The translations under genes and the position numbers were made by a program. Positions 40,496 through 50,435 of a DNA stretch of 64,000 nt are shown here, one piece after another. The first letter of the stretch is position 1, and each line of letters opens with the position of its first letter. This DNA is from a virus: the IMG/VR virus record IMGVR_UViG_3300019760_000006, positions 1-64,000 of that record; one strand, given 5' to 3'. The notes below the pieces were generated by a model. That model was not told where the DNA came from, ran no database searches, and saw only the letters and a program-made list of their open reading frames with translations.

Positions 40496-40530
40496 GTTAT
40501 GATTTTATAATAAATAAAAGGAGAATAAAA

Positions 40531-41149
40531 ATGTTTAATAAGATAAAAATAATCTATAATACATTGTTGTTTATTTCAAGGTATGTTGAAGATTACAACC
40601 AATCTAAAGAACATATAAAAAGAGTTGAAAGAGATTTGTATATCGTAAGAGAAGAATATAGGAGATTGTATTTAGAACACACAAAGATTAAGAAAGAAAT
40701 AAAAGCAATACAAAAGGATTTAAAACCACCTTATGATGGTGATGTTAGAGTTGTTGATGTGTTTTGTTCTGTTTGTGGTAACTACATCAGGTCTGTTGAG
40801 AGTTTAGATGAGGGTGATATTTACTTTTGTTCTAAATGCCAGAATAATATGTGCAATTATAAATAATAAAAGGAGATATGTTTTTGTAATACAAAAATAA
40901 AACAAGTATATGAAAAACAATAGAAGTGAAGAGAAGATGACTATGAGAGATTACGATAGGAGATTAAATGATAGATGTGTGTGTTGTAATGAGTTTTTAA
41001 ATGAGGGGGGTAGGGATGTTATGTGTGACAAATGTAGAAGAGCTTGCTATGAATCAGACAATAATTATAATGATTGGTGTGTTGATAGTGTGTTGGGTTG
41101 GAATGAAGATATCAGCTTATCTGATCTGAAAATTGATACATGCTATTAA
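40531..41149 (+). other. Two small Zn-ribbon genes (40531-40866, 40910-41149)
   Basis: CxxC...CxxC in both ORFs. Confidence 0.65.
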
Positions 41150-41159
41150 ACATTGATTT

Positions 41160-41240
41160 TAGGTTGATAGAGAGGTGTTTGTATTGATTGGTGTAAGTGT
41201 ATACGTTTAGAATAAATATCTTTCTATCAGCTTATTTTAT
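41160..41240 (+). ncRNA. Conserved intergenic hairpin, copy 2
   Basis: 23-bp stem (41160-41182 with 41212-41234) with six G-U pairs, ending TCAGCTTATTTTAT; similar to 20463-20545. Confidence 0.6.
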
Positions 41241-41349
41241 GTGTTAAAATGGAGATTATAAATAGATGATAGATTTAATTCTATTGAAAGATTATATTTG
41301 GTTTGGTGTTTCTTATATTTATATAAAAATGTATAACTATATTCATAAG

Positions 41350-41410
41350 AAATAACATATTTGTAACTATTTATAACAAAAATAACATATTTGTTATTAT
41401 TTATTACAAA
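41350..41410. repeat. Imperfect 30-bp tandem duplication upstream of a promoter
   Basis: AAATAACATATTTGT(AAC/TAT)TATTTAT(A/T)ACAA x2; TTGCAA-17 nt-TATAAT follows near 41426-41454. Confidence 0.6.
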
Positions 41411-41830
41411 AACGTAATAAAATAGTTGCAATAAATTAATATTCATGATATAATTATTGTATTAATTATTTTGATAAATGAAGAAAGGAAGAAATATGGA
41501 TGATATTGTTTTAGAACTTAAGAAGTTTTATATTTCAGTTATGAATAATGATAAATTAAAGATTGAAGATAGATTGGATGCAGCGGATAAGCTAAGAGAG
41601 TTTCTTAGTGAATATAATGATGATTAATGATAAAATAACTAAACATCGTAAAAATAAGTCTATAGAAGAACTTAAAAGAAAAGCTGACAAAGCAAGACGA
41701 AAAGGTTGGTTCACAGTAGAGGAAATTGATTATGCTGAAGTAGAGGCAGAATATTTAGTTAAATTGTTTGGTTATAATAAATAATAATTGTTTGTAGATG
41801 ATTAATAATATTTAGTAGGAGGTGACGAAT

Positions 41831-42166
41831 ATAGATATATTTATGAATTACACTCTTCCAGATCCTCCAAAAAAGAATAATCCTGAAGAATTTGCTAAAA
41901 GAGTTGATGTTTTTATAAATTTTTGGGATTCTCCTAAATTTCCAGGAGAAGATTCAATGTTTTCAAAAAGTAATCAGATTAAATCTGAGTTTAAAGCTAA
42001 GGTTTTAGCTAACACTGAGTTTAAAGAATCAAATGAAAGTATTTATAATAGGAAAACTGATTATTCAGATAACTCTTCTTTATCAACTATAAAAGATAAC
42101 AGTAGTCCAATGGATCATATAATATCTTCTGGTTTTTCCATGGCAGCTATGGGTGGAATATTTTAA
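41831..42166 (+). CDS. Hypothetical protein
   Basis: GGAGGTGA then ATA 41831 (alternative ATG 41843). Confidence 0.6.
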   Translation: MDIFMNYTLPDPPKKNNPEEFAKRVDVFINFWDSPKFPGEDSMFSKSNQIKSEFKAKVLANTEFKESNESIYNRKTDYSDNSSLSTIKDNSSPMDHIISSGFSMAAMGGIF

Positions 42167-42283
42167 TAATAGTTGATTAAGTACTTGCTCTGTTACTAAT
42201 AAGTAACATCAAATTTGAATCTATAATTTTATAGTCACCTTATACTATTTAATAGATAAGGTGTTGTAAAATGGAGATATATT

Positions 42284-42508
42284 ATGCTTCCATATGGAAT
42301 TCCAAGACTCCCTCAAACTGATTGCCCTGATTGTATTGATTTACATTATTTTGGTTTTAAATCAAGAAAAGGTAGATTAGACGGTAAGAGTAATATCAGA
42401 AATGTTAGAAATAAGAAAGCTACAAGAAGATATTGGAAACGTAAGGAGAGGAGGAGAGCTATTAAAGAGATTAACGATGAAATCTATGAAGAAACATCTA
42501 TTGAGTAG
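42284..42508 (+). CDS. Small basic hypothetical protein
   Basis: GGAG RBS; M.PYG...C..C and KRKERRRA pattern. Confidence 0.65.
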   Translation: MLPYGIPRLPQTDCPDCIDLHYFGFKSRKGRLDGKSNIRNVRNKKATRRYWKRKERRRAIKEINDEIYEETSIE

Positions 42509-42520
42509 GAGGTGATTGAC

Positions 42521-42892
42521 ATCAGTAGACCTGTAGGTAGTAACAAAGAATGGCAACAGAATAAAAAGATTCTAAAAGCTAAAGCTGATACAGATAAATG
42601 GGCTTCTGATTTAGCACCAGAAGCAAGAAAGATAATTAAAGAGCTAATGTTTAGTACAAAATCATCACCCGTGGTTAGGAAGGGGTGTGCTGAAATTGTT
42701 CTTAAAAGAGTTGATGATAGATTTAAAGAACTTGGTGGTAAGGCTGAATATCTAACTGATGAAGAGGTTGAGAAGAAACAACAGCAAGAGCAGTCAGAAA
42801 AGGCAAAAAAGAAAACTGAGGAGAATGGTGGAACTCCATTTTTAAGACTTACCTGTGAAACACCTGATGAGAAGACAGGGACAAATGATTAA
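42521..42892 (+). CDS. Putative terminase small subunit
   Basis: SRPVGSNK N-terminus, helical core (VRKGCAEIVL), position upstream of TerL; likely ATC start. Confidence 0.55.
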   Translation: MSRPVGSNKEWQQNKKILKAKADTDKWASDLAPEARKIIKELMFSTKSSPVVRKGCAEIVLKRVDDRFKELGGKAEYLTDEEVEKKQQQEQSEKAKKKTEENGGTPFLRLTCETPDEKTGTND

Positions 42893-42965
42893 TTGTTGAC
42901 ATTAAGTTTATGAAATGATATTCTCTAATATCTTAAAATATTAAATAAAAGGAGAATGTTGTTTT

Positions 42966-43673
42966 ATGAGTGAAGATGAAAAAGAGTTTAGGGTTATTAA
43001 AGAGTTTCCTGATTATGAGATTAACAAAGAAGGTATTGTAAGAAGGGCGAGTGATAAATTTAAACCTAATATTAGAAGGAATGGTAGGGGGTTTAAGTCA
43101 GTATCTCTAAAAGGTTCTAATGGGTTTAGATCTGTATATATAAAAAGACTCTTAGATTCTACGTTTAACAAACCAGAAGAAGATGATATTGTATCTTTAG
43201 ATGTAATAGGTTATCCAGAATATTCAGTAACATATGAAGGAAGAGTATGGAGTTACAGATCTAATAAGTTTATGGCACCGAGAAAAATAGGAAGAGGATA
43301 CTATGGTGTAAGTCTTGTAAATGAATTTGGTGATAAACATTTCTTAATTCATAGATTAATGGCTTTAACTTTCATACCTAATCCAGAAGACAAACCAACA
43401 GTTAATCATATAGATGGTGACAAAACAAATAACTGTATTGTAAATTTAGAGTGGGCAACATATGAAGAAAATAATAAACACGCTATATATAATAATTTAA
43501 GAGATAAAATTTTGGACACAGATAAAGTTCATGAGATATGTAAATATCTACAAGACAATGTAGGTTGTTTTGTAAAAGATGTTTGTAAAAAATTTGACGC
43601 TTCTTGGGATCAGGTTGGTGATATAAGAAAAAGAGTGACTTGGACTGAGATATCTAAAAATTATATATGGTAA
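42966..43673 (+). CDS. NUMOD4-HNH homing endonuclease (free-standing)
   Basis: Two NUMOD4-like repeats (FPDYEINKEG, YPEYSVTYEGRV) plus HRL...VNHIDGDKTNN...NLEW; own TTGACA at 42896. Confidence 0.9.
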   Translation: MSEDEKEFRVIKEFPDYEINKEGIVRRASDKFKPNIRRNGRGFKSVSLKGSNGFRSVYIKRLLDSTFNKPEEDDIVSLDVIGYPEYSVTYEGRVWSYRSNKFMAPRKIGRGYYGVSLVNEFGDKHFLIHRLMALTFIPNPEDKPTVNHIDGDKTNNCIVNLEWATYEENNKHAIYNNLRDKILDTDKVHEICKYLQDNVGCFVKDVCKKFDASWDQVGDIRKRVTWTEISKNYIW

Positions 43674-43689
43674 TAGGAGGTGATCTAAA

Positions 43690-45189
43690 ATAAGTAATGA
43701 AGAAACTCATCAGCTTGGGCCTTGTAGTAAAAAGCAAGAGATGATTTTAAACAATGATTCTACCCTTCTAATATGCGGAGGTGCGGCGGGATCGGGTAAA
43801 AGTTATCTCTTGCTACTGATGATTTTGAAGTACGTTGATTGTCCAAATTGGCGTGGTGTCATTTTCAGGAGATCGTATACAGAAATTGAATCTGGTGGAG
43901 GCTTGCTTGATGAGGCATCTGCAATGTATTTTGGCCTCCCCAAAAAATATAGGCCGACACTAAATAGATCAAGGGTTTGTTTTACATTCCCCTCTGGAGC
44001 GCAACTCCAGCTTGCGTCGATGCAGCATCACCCTAAAGATACTCTTAAGCAATCTGGTTCGCAATTTAGTTTTATCGGGTTCGACGAACTTTTTACGTTC
44101 GAAGAACAGCAATTCGTTTTTCTCTTTTCCCGCCTTAGATCAAGATCAAAATATCCAGGGAGGGTAGTTTGCACTACAAACCCTTATGGTGATACATTTA
44201 TCCTGAAATACGTCATAGATAATCTTGATGAGGGCGGTTTCCCTATTAAATCGCTTGATGGTAAGAAAAGATATTTTATTCGTAGAGGTGAGGATGTAAC
44301 ATTTGCCGATACTGAAGAAGAACTTAAAGAAAAGTTTGGTGATAAAGTAATGCCAATATCTTTTTCTTTTATATCGGCTAATTGTTATGATAACACTTAC
44401 CTAATGGAAAATCAACCTGAGTATGTGGCCCACCTGGAGTCACTAAAAGATGTAGATAGGGATAGACTTTTACACGGTTGTTGGTTTGCGAAAGAGAAAG
44501 CCGCTAAATATTTTGATAGAGACTGGCTCAATAAATTAGATGAAGTCCCAAGAGGTAGTACTTGTTGTAGAGGTTGGGACCGTGCATCCTCGCCGCCTTC
44601 GGAAAAAGAATTACATCCAGATTTTACAGCCTGTTGTAAGGTTTGGAGGACTCGTAATGGTGATTTTATAATCACAGGCCAGCATAGTAAAAACAATTAT
44701 GATGATGTAACTAATACTTACGGTAGGTTTAGAAAGACTCCTGGTGAAAGAGAGAATATAATTCTTGAACAAGCTATAAGTGATGGAGAATCTTGCACTA
44801 TAGTTTTGAGTGAAGATCCTGGTAGCGCAGGAAAATTTGAGTATAAGGAAAGTGCAAAGGTATTAATGTCTGAGGGTTTTCTTGTTAAAAGAGACCCTGC
44901 TTGTCCTACAGCAAGTAAACTAAAGAGGTTTGAACCGTTTTCTATTGCTTGTCAGAATGGTTTAGTAAGCATAGTTGAGAGTACATTTGACAGAAAAACT
45001 CTTGATGCCTACTATAAGGAGCTTGAAGATTTTGATGGTGAGCGTTCTTCAAGAACACGTAAAGATGATCAAGCCGATGCTACAGCTACAGCCTTTAACT
45101 ACATTTCCCAAAAGAAAAACATCCCGATAGTTTGTAGAAATCAACAAAATTTAAAGACAATGTCTAATAGTCTTCTAAATACTCTTTAA
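43690..45189 (+). CDS. terL: Terminase large subunit
   Basis: GPCSKKQ, GGAAGSGKS, FIGFDE, TTNP, GWD nuclease start, DDQADA; frame open from ATA 43690 behind GGAGGTGA. Confidence 0.95.
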   Translation: MSNEETHQLGPCSKKQEMILNNDSTLLICGGAAGSGKSYLLLLMILKYVDCPNWRGVIFRRSYTEIESGGGLLDEASAMYFGLPKKYRPTLNRSRVCFTFPSGAQLQLASMQHHPKDTLKQSGSQFSFIGFDELFTFEEQQFVFLFSRLRSRSKYPGRVVCTTNPYGDTFILKYVIDNLDEGGFPIKSLDGKKRYFIRRGEDVTFADTEEELKEKFGDKVMPISFSFISANCYDNTYLMENQPEYVAHLESLKDVDRDRLLHGCWFAKEKAAKYFDRDWLNKLDEVPRGSTCCRGWDRASSPPSEKELHPDFTACCKVWRTRNGDFIITGQHSKNNYDDVTNTYGRFRKTPGERENIILEQAISDGESCTIVLSEDPGSAGKFEYKESAKVLMSEGFLVKRDPACPTASKLKRFEPFSIACQNGLVSIVESTFDRKTLDAYYKELEDFDGERSSRTRKDDQADATATAFNYISQKKNIPIVCRNQQNLKTMSNSLLNTL

Positions 45190-45312
45190 ATATTTTGTTT
45201 ATAAACAAAGTTTTATCTTACAAAGATAAACCTCGACATAAACACATATTACAAAATAAAGCAATTAATGTCAATAAGATTTTTTAAAGTTTGAAGATCA
45301 ACACATAAATTT

Positions 45313-45855
45313 ATGAAAATTTCAAAGTATTTAAACAGTAGTGAATCTGCTCAGATAACAAATGATGGAATTCTATTTCCTTCAATAATTGATTTAAAAT
45401 ATTTTGTAGAGGATATTATATTTGATTTAATAAATAAACACACAATATCCTCTTTAGGTGGAAAATACATATTGAATAAGGCAGCAGGAGAAGAAGAGAA
45501 AAAAAGAAATGAATACATAACAGGAGATAATTAATTACCAATGATAGATTGTAATAATAAGAATTTCATAAGAAAACCATTAGATTATATACATAATCAA
45601 CAATTAACAAGTTCATTTGAACCTGTAACAATACCAGAAGATTTAGATTTTGACACTTATTTAGCTAAGACAGTGAATGGCGGTGATTTAGAAGTAAAGT
45701 GGAGTAATACAAGTTCTGAATCTTTCACATTTTCATTAGAAGATGGAACTCTTCCATTAAACACTGGTTTTGAGAAGAGAAGTTATGATAAGAATGATGT
45801 ACTGTTTTATGCTAAAGGTAATGATATGTTACAGATTATGTTTGTTAAGGAATAA
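45313..45855 (+). other. Two small genes (45313-45534; 45541-45855 beta-rich, possibly virion)
   Basis: ORFs between TerL and the beta-helix gene. Confidence 0.6.
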
Positions 45856-45918
45856 TGAGGAAATCAATAATGAAAAGCAATTTTATGTGGGATAAAGTTT
45901 CGTTTGAGGGGGTGGTGA

Positions 45919-47556
45919 ATGCGTGAGATTTTCGTTGACTACGAATATGGAGACGATCTGAATCCAGGGACGTTCGCCGCGCCGTATAAACACGACCGGG
46001 GCATGTCCGGATGGTATGGTGGTGGAGTGGCTTACAATCCTGGTGACATCATCCGTTTTAAACGAGGTGTTGTGTGGCCGAAAGCCACAGGCACCAGTTT
46101 TGAAGGGACTTCAAGCGACCCAATAACATATACCGATTACGGTGACGCTGAAGAGCCCGCGACGCTTCAGCCTTCGGACTATTTGACCGGATGGTCCTTA
46201 CATGCAGCCGGTATTTATGTTGCTGATCTCGCTTCTCTTGTTGCGTCTTTTATCGTTCTTGACAATGAGATTCCTCTACCTTCAGTTTCTTCGATTGCTG
46301 AAATTACCGAAAATTCCTTCTTCTACGATTCCGGCGCTCAAAAACTATACGTAGGGGTTGACGGTGATATCGCAGACCACACTATCTCTGCACCTCACAC
46401 CGTGCATTGTTTCGCCGTGTCAAAAGCGTACATCCATGTTTACGGCCTGCGTGTAAGGCACGGATACGACACTCAAACGGGTGGTATAAAATTGTATGCC
46501 GGGGTGACTGAGAAAGTCGGATGTATCGTTGAAGAGTGTGAATCCGTGGCGTGTGGTACCGGGATTTATAACTATAATACAGATGCTACCATCAGGAAAA
46601 ATACTGCCCGGAATTGTTGGAATGGGCAGCAATATCCCGCCGGTGCAGGGTTTGGATTAATTACTGGGCGTGGTGGTGTTTTCGCAGACAATATTATTGA
46701 GGGATGCTACACGGGTGTCGGAACAACAACCGGTAATATCGGTGGAATTTTCACGAATAACAAGATTTTGGATTCCATAGTCAACTCCGTGGGGTATCTG
46801 TACGGAACAGCAGCAGGCCCGTGTAAAGTGTTTGGGAATTACATCCGACACAGCCCTGCTGCCGCTGTGGGTCATGGCCTGTGCGCCACAGCTACCGCTG
46901 GAAATTACGTCACTGCTAAAAATAACATCGTTGAGATTCCGACTGGCACTATCAATCATGTAAATATCAATTGCATTTATTTGAGGGATGGTTCGGATTA
47001 TACGGGCATAGATTTCGACAGCAATGATTATTTCGTGGCCGATGGCCTATCTTGTAAGATTGGTAGATTATGGGAGTCCGAAGCCGTTCCGGTTGTTGAT
47101 TACGACACGTTAAATGCTTTTAGAGATGTGACGGGAACAGACGCAAAATCAATTAGCGCTGATCCGCAGCTTGATACAGCTGGCAGACCGGCCACGAATT
47201 CCCCAATCGTAGGAGCCGGTCAGGTAATCCCGGGCATCCACGACCAGTCTACTCCGGCCACGGATATCGACGGCAAGCCCATCCTATTCATACCAAATAT
47301 GGGGCCTTATGATGACCGGGTGTCCAAAACTATCACCGAAGCCAACTATGCGCCCACTGGCTACTCAGTTCGGGCCGGTGCCACGCTAACGCTCAAGGGC
47401 GGCGGTGATGTTGATCTCTCAGGGATTACTGACACCGGGGAAATCATATGTAAGCTGGTAGGGGATATCAATTCGTTCGTACCGAATGGGGATGATACAA
47501 AGCTATCTTCTATGAAAAAAAAGAAAATATATAATTTAAATGAAAGGAGTTTGTAA
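45919..47556 (+). CDS. Right-handed beta-helix (pectin-lyase-like) protein on a GC-rich segment
   Basis: FVD...GDD.NPGT...PYK, PGD.I.FKRG..W N-cap; Asn/Gly-rich coils; ADPQL...SP.VGAG...DIDG...P.MGPY end; GC clearly above flanks. Confidence 0.8.
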   Translation: MREIFVDYEYGDDLNPGTFAAPYKHDRGMSGWYGGGVAYNPGDIIRFKRGVVWPKATGTSFEGTSSDPITYTDYGDAEEPATLQPSDYLTGWSLHAAGIYVADLASLVASFIVLDNEIPLPSVSSIAEITENSFFYDSGAQKLYVGVDGDIADHTISAPHTVHCFAVSKAYIHVYGLRVRHGYDTQTGGIKLYAGVTEKVGCIVEECESVACGTGIYNYNTDATIRKNTARNCWNGQQYPAGAGFGLITGRGGVFADNIIEGCYTGVGTTTGNIGGIFTNNKILDSIVNSVGYLYGTAAGPCKVFGNYIRHSPAAAVGHGLCATATAGNYVTAKNNIVEIPTGTINHVNINCIYLRDGSDYTGIDFDSNDYFVADGLSCKIGRLWESEAVPVVDYDTLNAFRDVTGTDAKSISADPQLDTAGRPATNSPIVGAGQVIPGIHDQSTPATDIDGKPILFIPNMGPYDDRVSKTITEANYAPTGYSVRAGATLTLKGGGDVDLSGITDTGEIICKLVGDINSFVPNGDDTKLSSMKKKKIYNLNERSL

Positions 47557-47582
47557 TCAGAGATTACAACAAATAATAAAAA

Positions 47583-48169
47583 ATGATTAAAGAAAAGAAA
47601 GAATTTATTTATAAACCATTTGGATCTTTTTGGGTGAGTATGTTTTGGAAAGAGGTTAATAAGTGGTTTGAAGATGGTTGGAAAGTTTGTGAGAATACAG
47701 GGAATAAATTGAAAGATGTTCCTATCATCCTCCCTAATATGATTAGGGTTGTTTTTGAACGTGATAGTATTGATCTATCACTTGAACATCTTAAAACACT
47801 TACAAAAGTTGATGAATATAAAGAATTTTGTAAAAAGTGTGATATCGATTATGATAAATCACTTGAAAAAGCACCAATGAAATTTAAGAAGTTTATTCGT
47901 GAGTGGCTTGAAAACTATGAAGATAAAGAGGAAGATGTAAAACTTGATATCTTTCTTAATAAAGATTCTTTTAAACAGGTGAATGATTGAAAATTATAAC
48001 AAGAAAAAATAAGATTGAGATTTTGGACAATGATGGTAAAGATTTAACAAAGTCTCTTGAAATAACATCTTTTAAAACAGTTGTGGATGGTACGTCACCT
48101 CATAAAACGAGAGGTGTTATCTATATTGATAACGTAGAACATATCTGTGTTGATGAGGATAATAAATAA
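47583..48169 (+). other. Two hypothetical genes (47583-47990, 47987-48169)
   Basis: Overlapping ORFs coupled to the portal start. Confidence 0.6.
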
Positions 48170-49821
48170 TGTCAAAACGAAAAAAGAATAAAAACAAAAG
48201 AGCATCTCCTAATGTTAAGCAAGACGTTTATGTGAATAAGCAGGCACGTAAACTTTCAACAAGGACATCAACAATTGAAGTTGGTCAGCCTGGAATTGTT
48301 TCTGGAAACTATTTTATTCAGGATTCAAGAAAGACAGAACTCGCAATGCCACGCAGACTTTGTACATTTGATGTTATGTGTCAAGATGATGCTGTAAGCA
48401 ATTCTGTTAATTTTACAAATATGCTTGTTGTTAATTCAATGTATGGTGGTAAAGTTATTCCTGGTGAAAGTAATAGCTATGCAAGCAGAGTAAGTTCAGA
48501 TGCGATTAATTACATGTTTCATAACATGTCTTATGGTACTTGGCTTGATTTTTGTATCAACGCAGCAACAGACCTTAAATATGGATTCTCATTTGCTAAT
48601 ATAGTTACTGGAAAGTATAAGAAGGGTAAGTACAAAGGTGCTATTGGTATTAAGAAACTCTCTCCTCGTTGCCAAAAAACAGTTTATGGTTGGGTTTGGG
48701 ATAATAAGAATAGAGAGTTTGAAGGTTTCTTACAGAATAAGAACCTTTATCAAAGAAAGATGACATCTGGAAGATCAACAGATTTTCTTGGTAATATAAA
48801 TCTCCTTAACTCTGCTAAATATTATACAAATGGTTATCCATTTCTAAGAAGAGAACAACTTCTTCATTTCACTTATAACTCAACTAACAACAACCCACAA
48901 GGCAACTCTCCATTGATGGATTGTTACAACGCCTGGGCTGAGAAGAAATTAATAGAAAAATTTGAGATCTCAGCTATAACAAAGGGACTTGGCGGTGTTC
49001 TTTTATTACGAATTCCTTCACAATTGATTGAAAGGGCAAATGATCCGCAAGGGAGATTTCCAGAAGCGACTGCTGAATATCTTGCATTACAACAGGATGC
49101 AGCAGCTATTCATTCCGCTGAGAATGCACTTATGGTGCTTACAAGTGATGTAGATGAGATAACTAAACAACCTCTATATGATGTCAAATTTATGGGTGTA
49201 GAAGGCGGTAGTTCAACTAACTCATTTGACACAACAAAGATTATAGATCAAAAGAGAAAAGCAATCTATAATACATTCCTTACATCTGCAATTCTTCTTG
49301 GTCAAGGTGAAGTTGGTAGTTATGCACTCTCAAACAACATCACAACAATGCATGCTCTGGCTGTACAAAACAATATTCTTCAAAAGACTAATGTAATCAA
49401 TACACAATTAATTCCACGTCTACTTGAAGTTAATGGTATTGAACTTGATTGGAAAGATATGCCAAGATTTGAGCCTATCTCTCCTACTGAAGTTGATAAT
49501 GAAATTTTATCGAAAGTCGTACAAAGAATGAAGAGTGTTAATGCCATTACGCCAATAGCTCTTAAAACTATATATGAAGAGTTTGGTTGGGACACAGAAG
49601 GTGTTGATGAATTAGATTTCAGTGATAAAGGAGAGAGTAGAGCAGGAGAAAGCCAAGGAAGCTCAGGTACAGGTAATTCCCAAAACACTGGTGGTGGAAG
49701 TACATCTACATCTAACATGGAGAATTCAGATACTCAGAAGAGTATAAAGTATTTTATAAGAGATGGCAGTGCTTTAGTAGATGCAACCACTGGAAAATAT
49801 GTTGGTGAGATTGAAGAATAG
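48169..49821 (+). CDS. Portal protein
   Basis: 550 aa after TerL; YGFSF...KLSPR.Q, NPQGNSPL..CY..W..K, GSYALS motifs. Confidence 0.9.
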   Translation: MSKRKKNKNKRASPNVKQDVYVNKQARKLSTRTSTIEVGQPGIVSGNYFIQDSRKTELAMPRRLCTFDVMCQDDAVSNSVNFTNMLVVNSMYGGKVIPGESNSYASRVSSDAINYMFHNMSYGTWLDFCINAATDLKYGFSFANIVTGKYKKGKYKGAIGIKKLSPRCQKTVYGWVWDNKNREFEGFLQNKNLYQRKMTSGRSTDFLGNINLLNSAKYYTNGYPFLRREQLLHFTYNSTNNNPQGNSPLMDCYNAWAEKKLIEKFEISAITKGLGGVLLLRIPSQLIERANDPQGRFPEATAEYLALQQDAAAIHSAENALMVLTSDVDEITKQPLYDVKFMGVEGGSSTNSFDTTKIIDQKRKAIYNTFLTSAILLGQGEVGSYALSNNITTMHALAVQNNILQKTNVINTQLIPRLLEVNGIELDWKDMPRFEPISPTEVDNEILSKVVQRMKSVNAITPIALKTIYEEFGWDTEGVDELDFSDKGESRAGESQGSSGTGNSQNTGGGSTSTSNMENSDTQKSIKYFIRDGSALVDATTGKYVGEIEE

Positions 49822-49844
49822 ATTATACACTGGGGGTGATTAAA

Positions 49845-50435
49845 ATTCCTTATGCTAATGTAGCTGATGCAAGAAAGAAAGTTAAAGCATTAAAGAATCT
49901 ATCTGACAGTCAAGTTAAAACTTTTATATCCGTGTTTAATAAACTTGTTAAAGATGGTGAGAAAGAAGATAGCGCTTATGCTAAAGCTATTGCATCAGCT
50001 AAACGTATTAAAAATAAATCAAAGGGATCTGAAGATCAGGTATACGATATGATTGTAAATAAATACATTGAAGAGAAAATGATTGCTTATGAACCTATGT
50101 ATTGTCCACCAAATGTCGCAGATTGTGTTCAAGATGCAATGACAGATGAAGAGATAGTGAAGATGGTTGATAACGCAAATAAGAAAATAGCAGATGGTAC
50201 TTTAAAACCATATCTTTTCCACAAAACACAAACTGATGCTTTTTCTTTTGTAAAAGCCTTTGTGAATCCTTGGGATTGTGTTGTTGGTGATCAGGAAATT
50301 TATGAAGGGCAACCTGTTATTGTTGTTAAGTATAAAAACAAGAGGGCATGGGAACTTAGAAAACAAGGTATTATTAAAGGCCCTTCTATTGGTGGTATAG
50401 CAGGAAGTATTGAGGAGGTTGATGAAGATGAATGA
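49845..50435 (+). CDS. ChaB-like domain fused to XkdF-type prohead serine protease
   Basis: (M)PYANV...L.D.Q...F..VFN......E..AYAKA (ChaB-like); D...D.M..EEI, LFH, WE..K.G.IKGPSIGG (XkdF-like). Confidence 0.75.
   Translation: MPYANVADARKKVKALKNLSDSQVKTFISVFNKLVKDGEKEDSAYAKAIASAKRIKNKSKGSEDQVYDMIVNKYIEEKMIAYEPMYCPPNVADCVQDAMTDEEIVKMVDNANKKIADGTLKPYLFHKTQTDAFSFVKAFVNPWDCVVGDQEIYEGQPVIVVKYKNKRAWELRKQGIIKGPSIGGIAGSIEEVDEDE

Noticed and set aside
41237-41446. 69-aa minus-strand ORF with internal repeats
   Set aside because: Produced by the AT-rich tandem duplication upstream of a + strand promoter.
42893-43740. Group I intron carrying the HNH gene inside terminase
   Set aside because: The HNH ORF has its own promoter and RBS, the flanks are too short for an intron core, and TerL appears complete after it.
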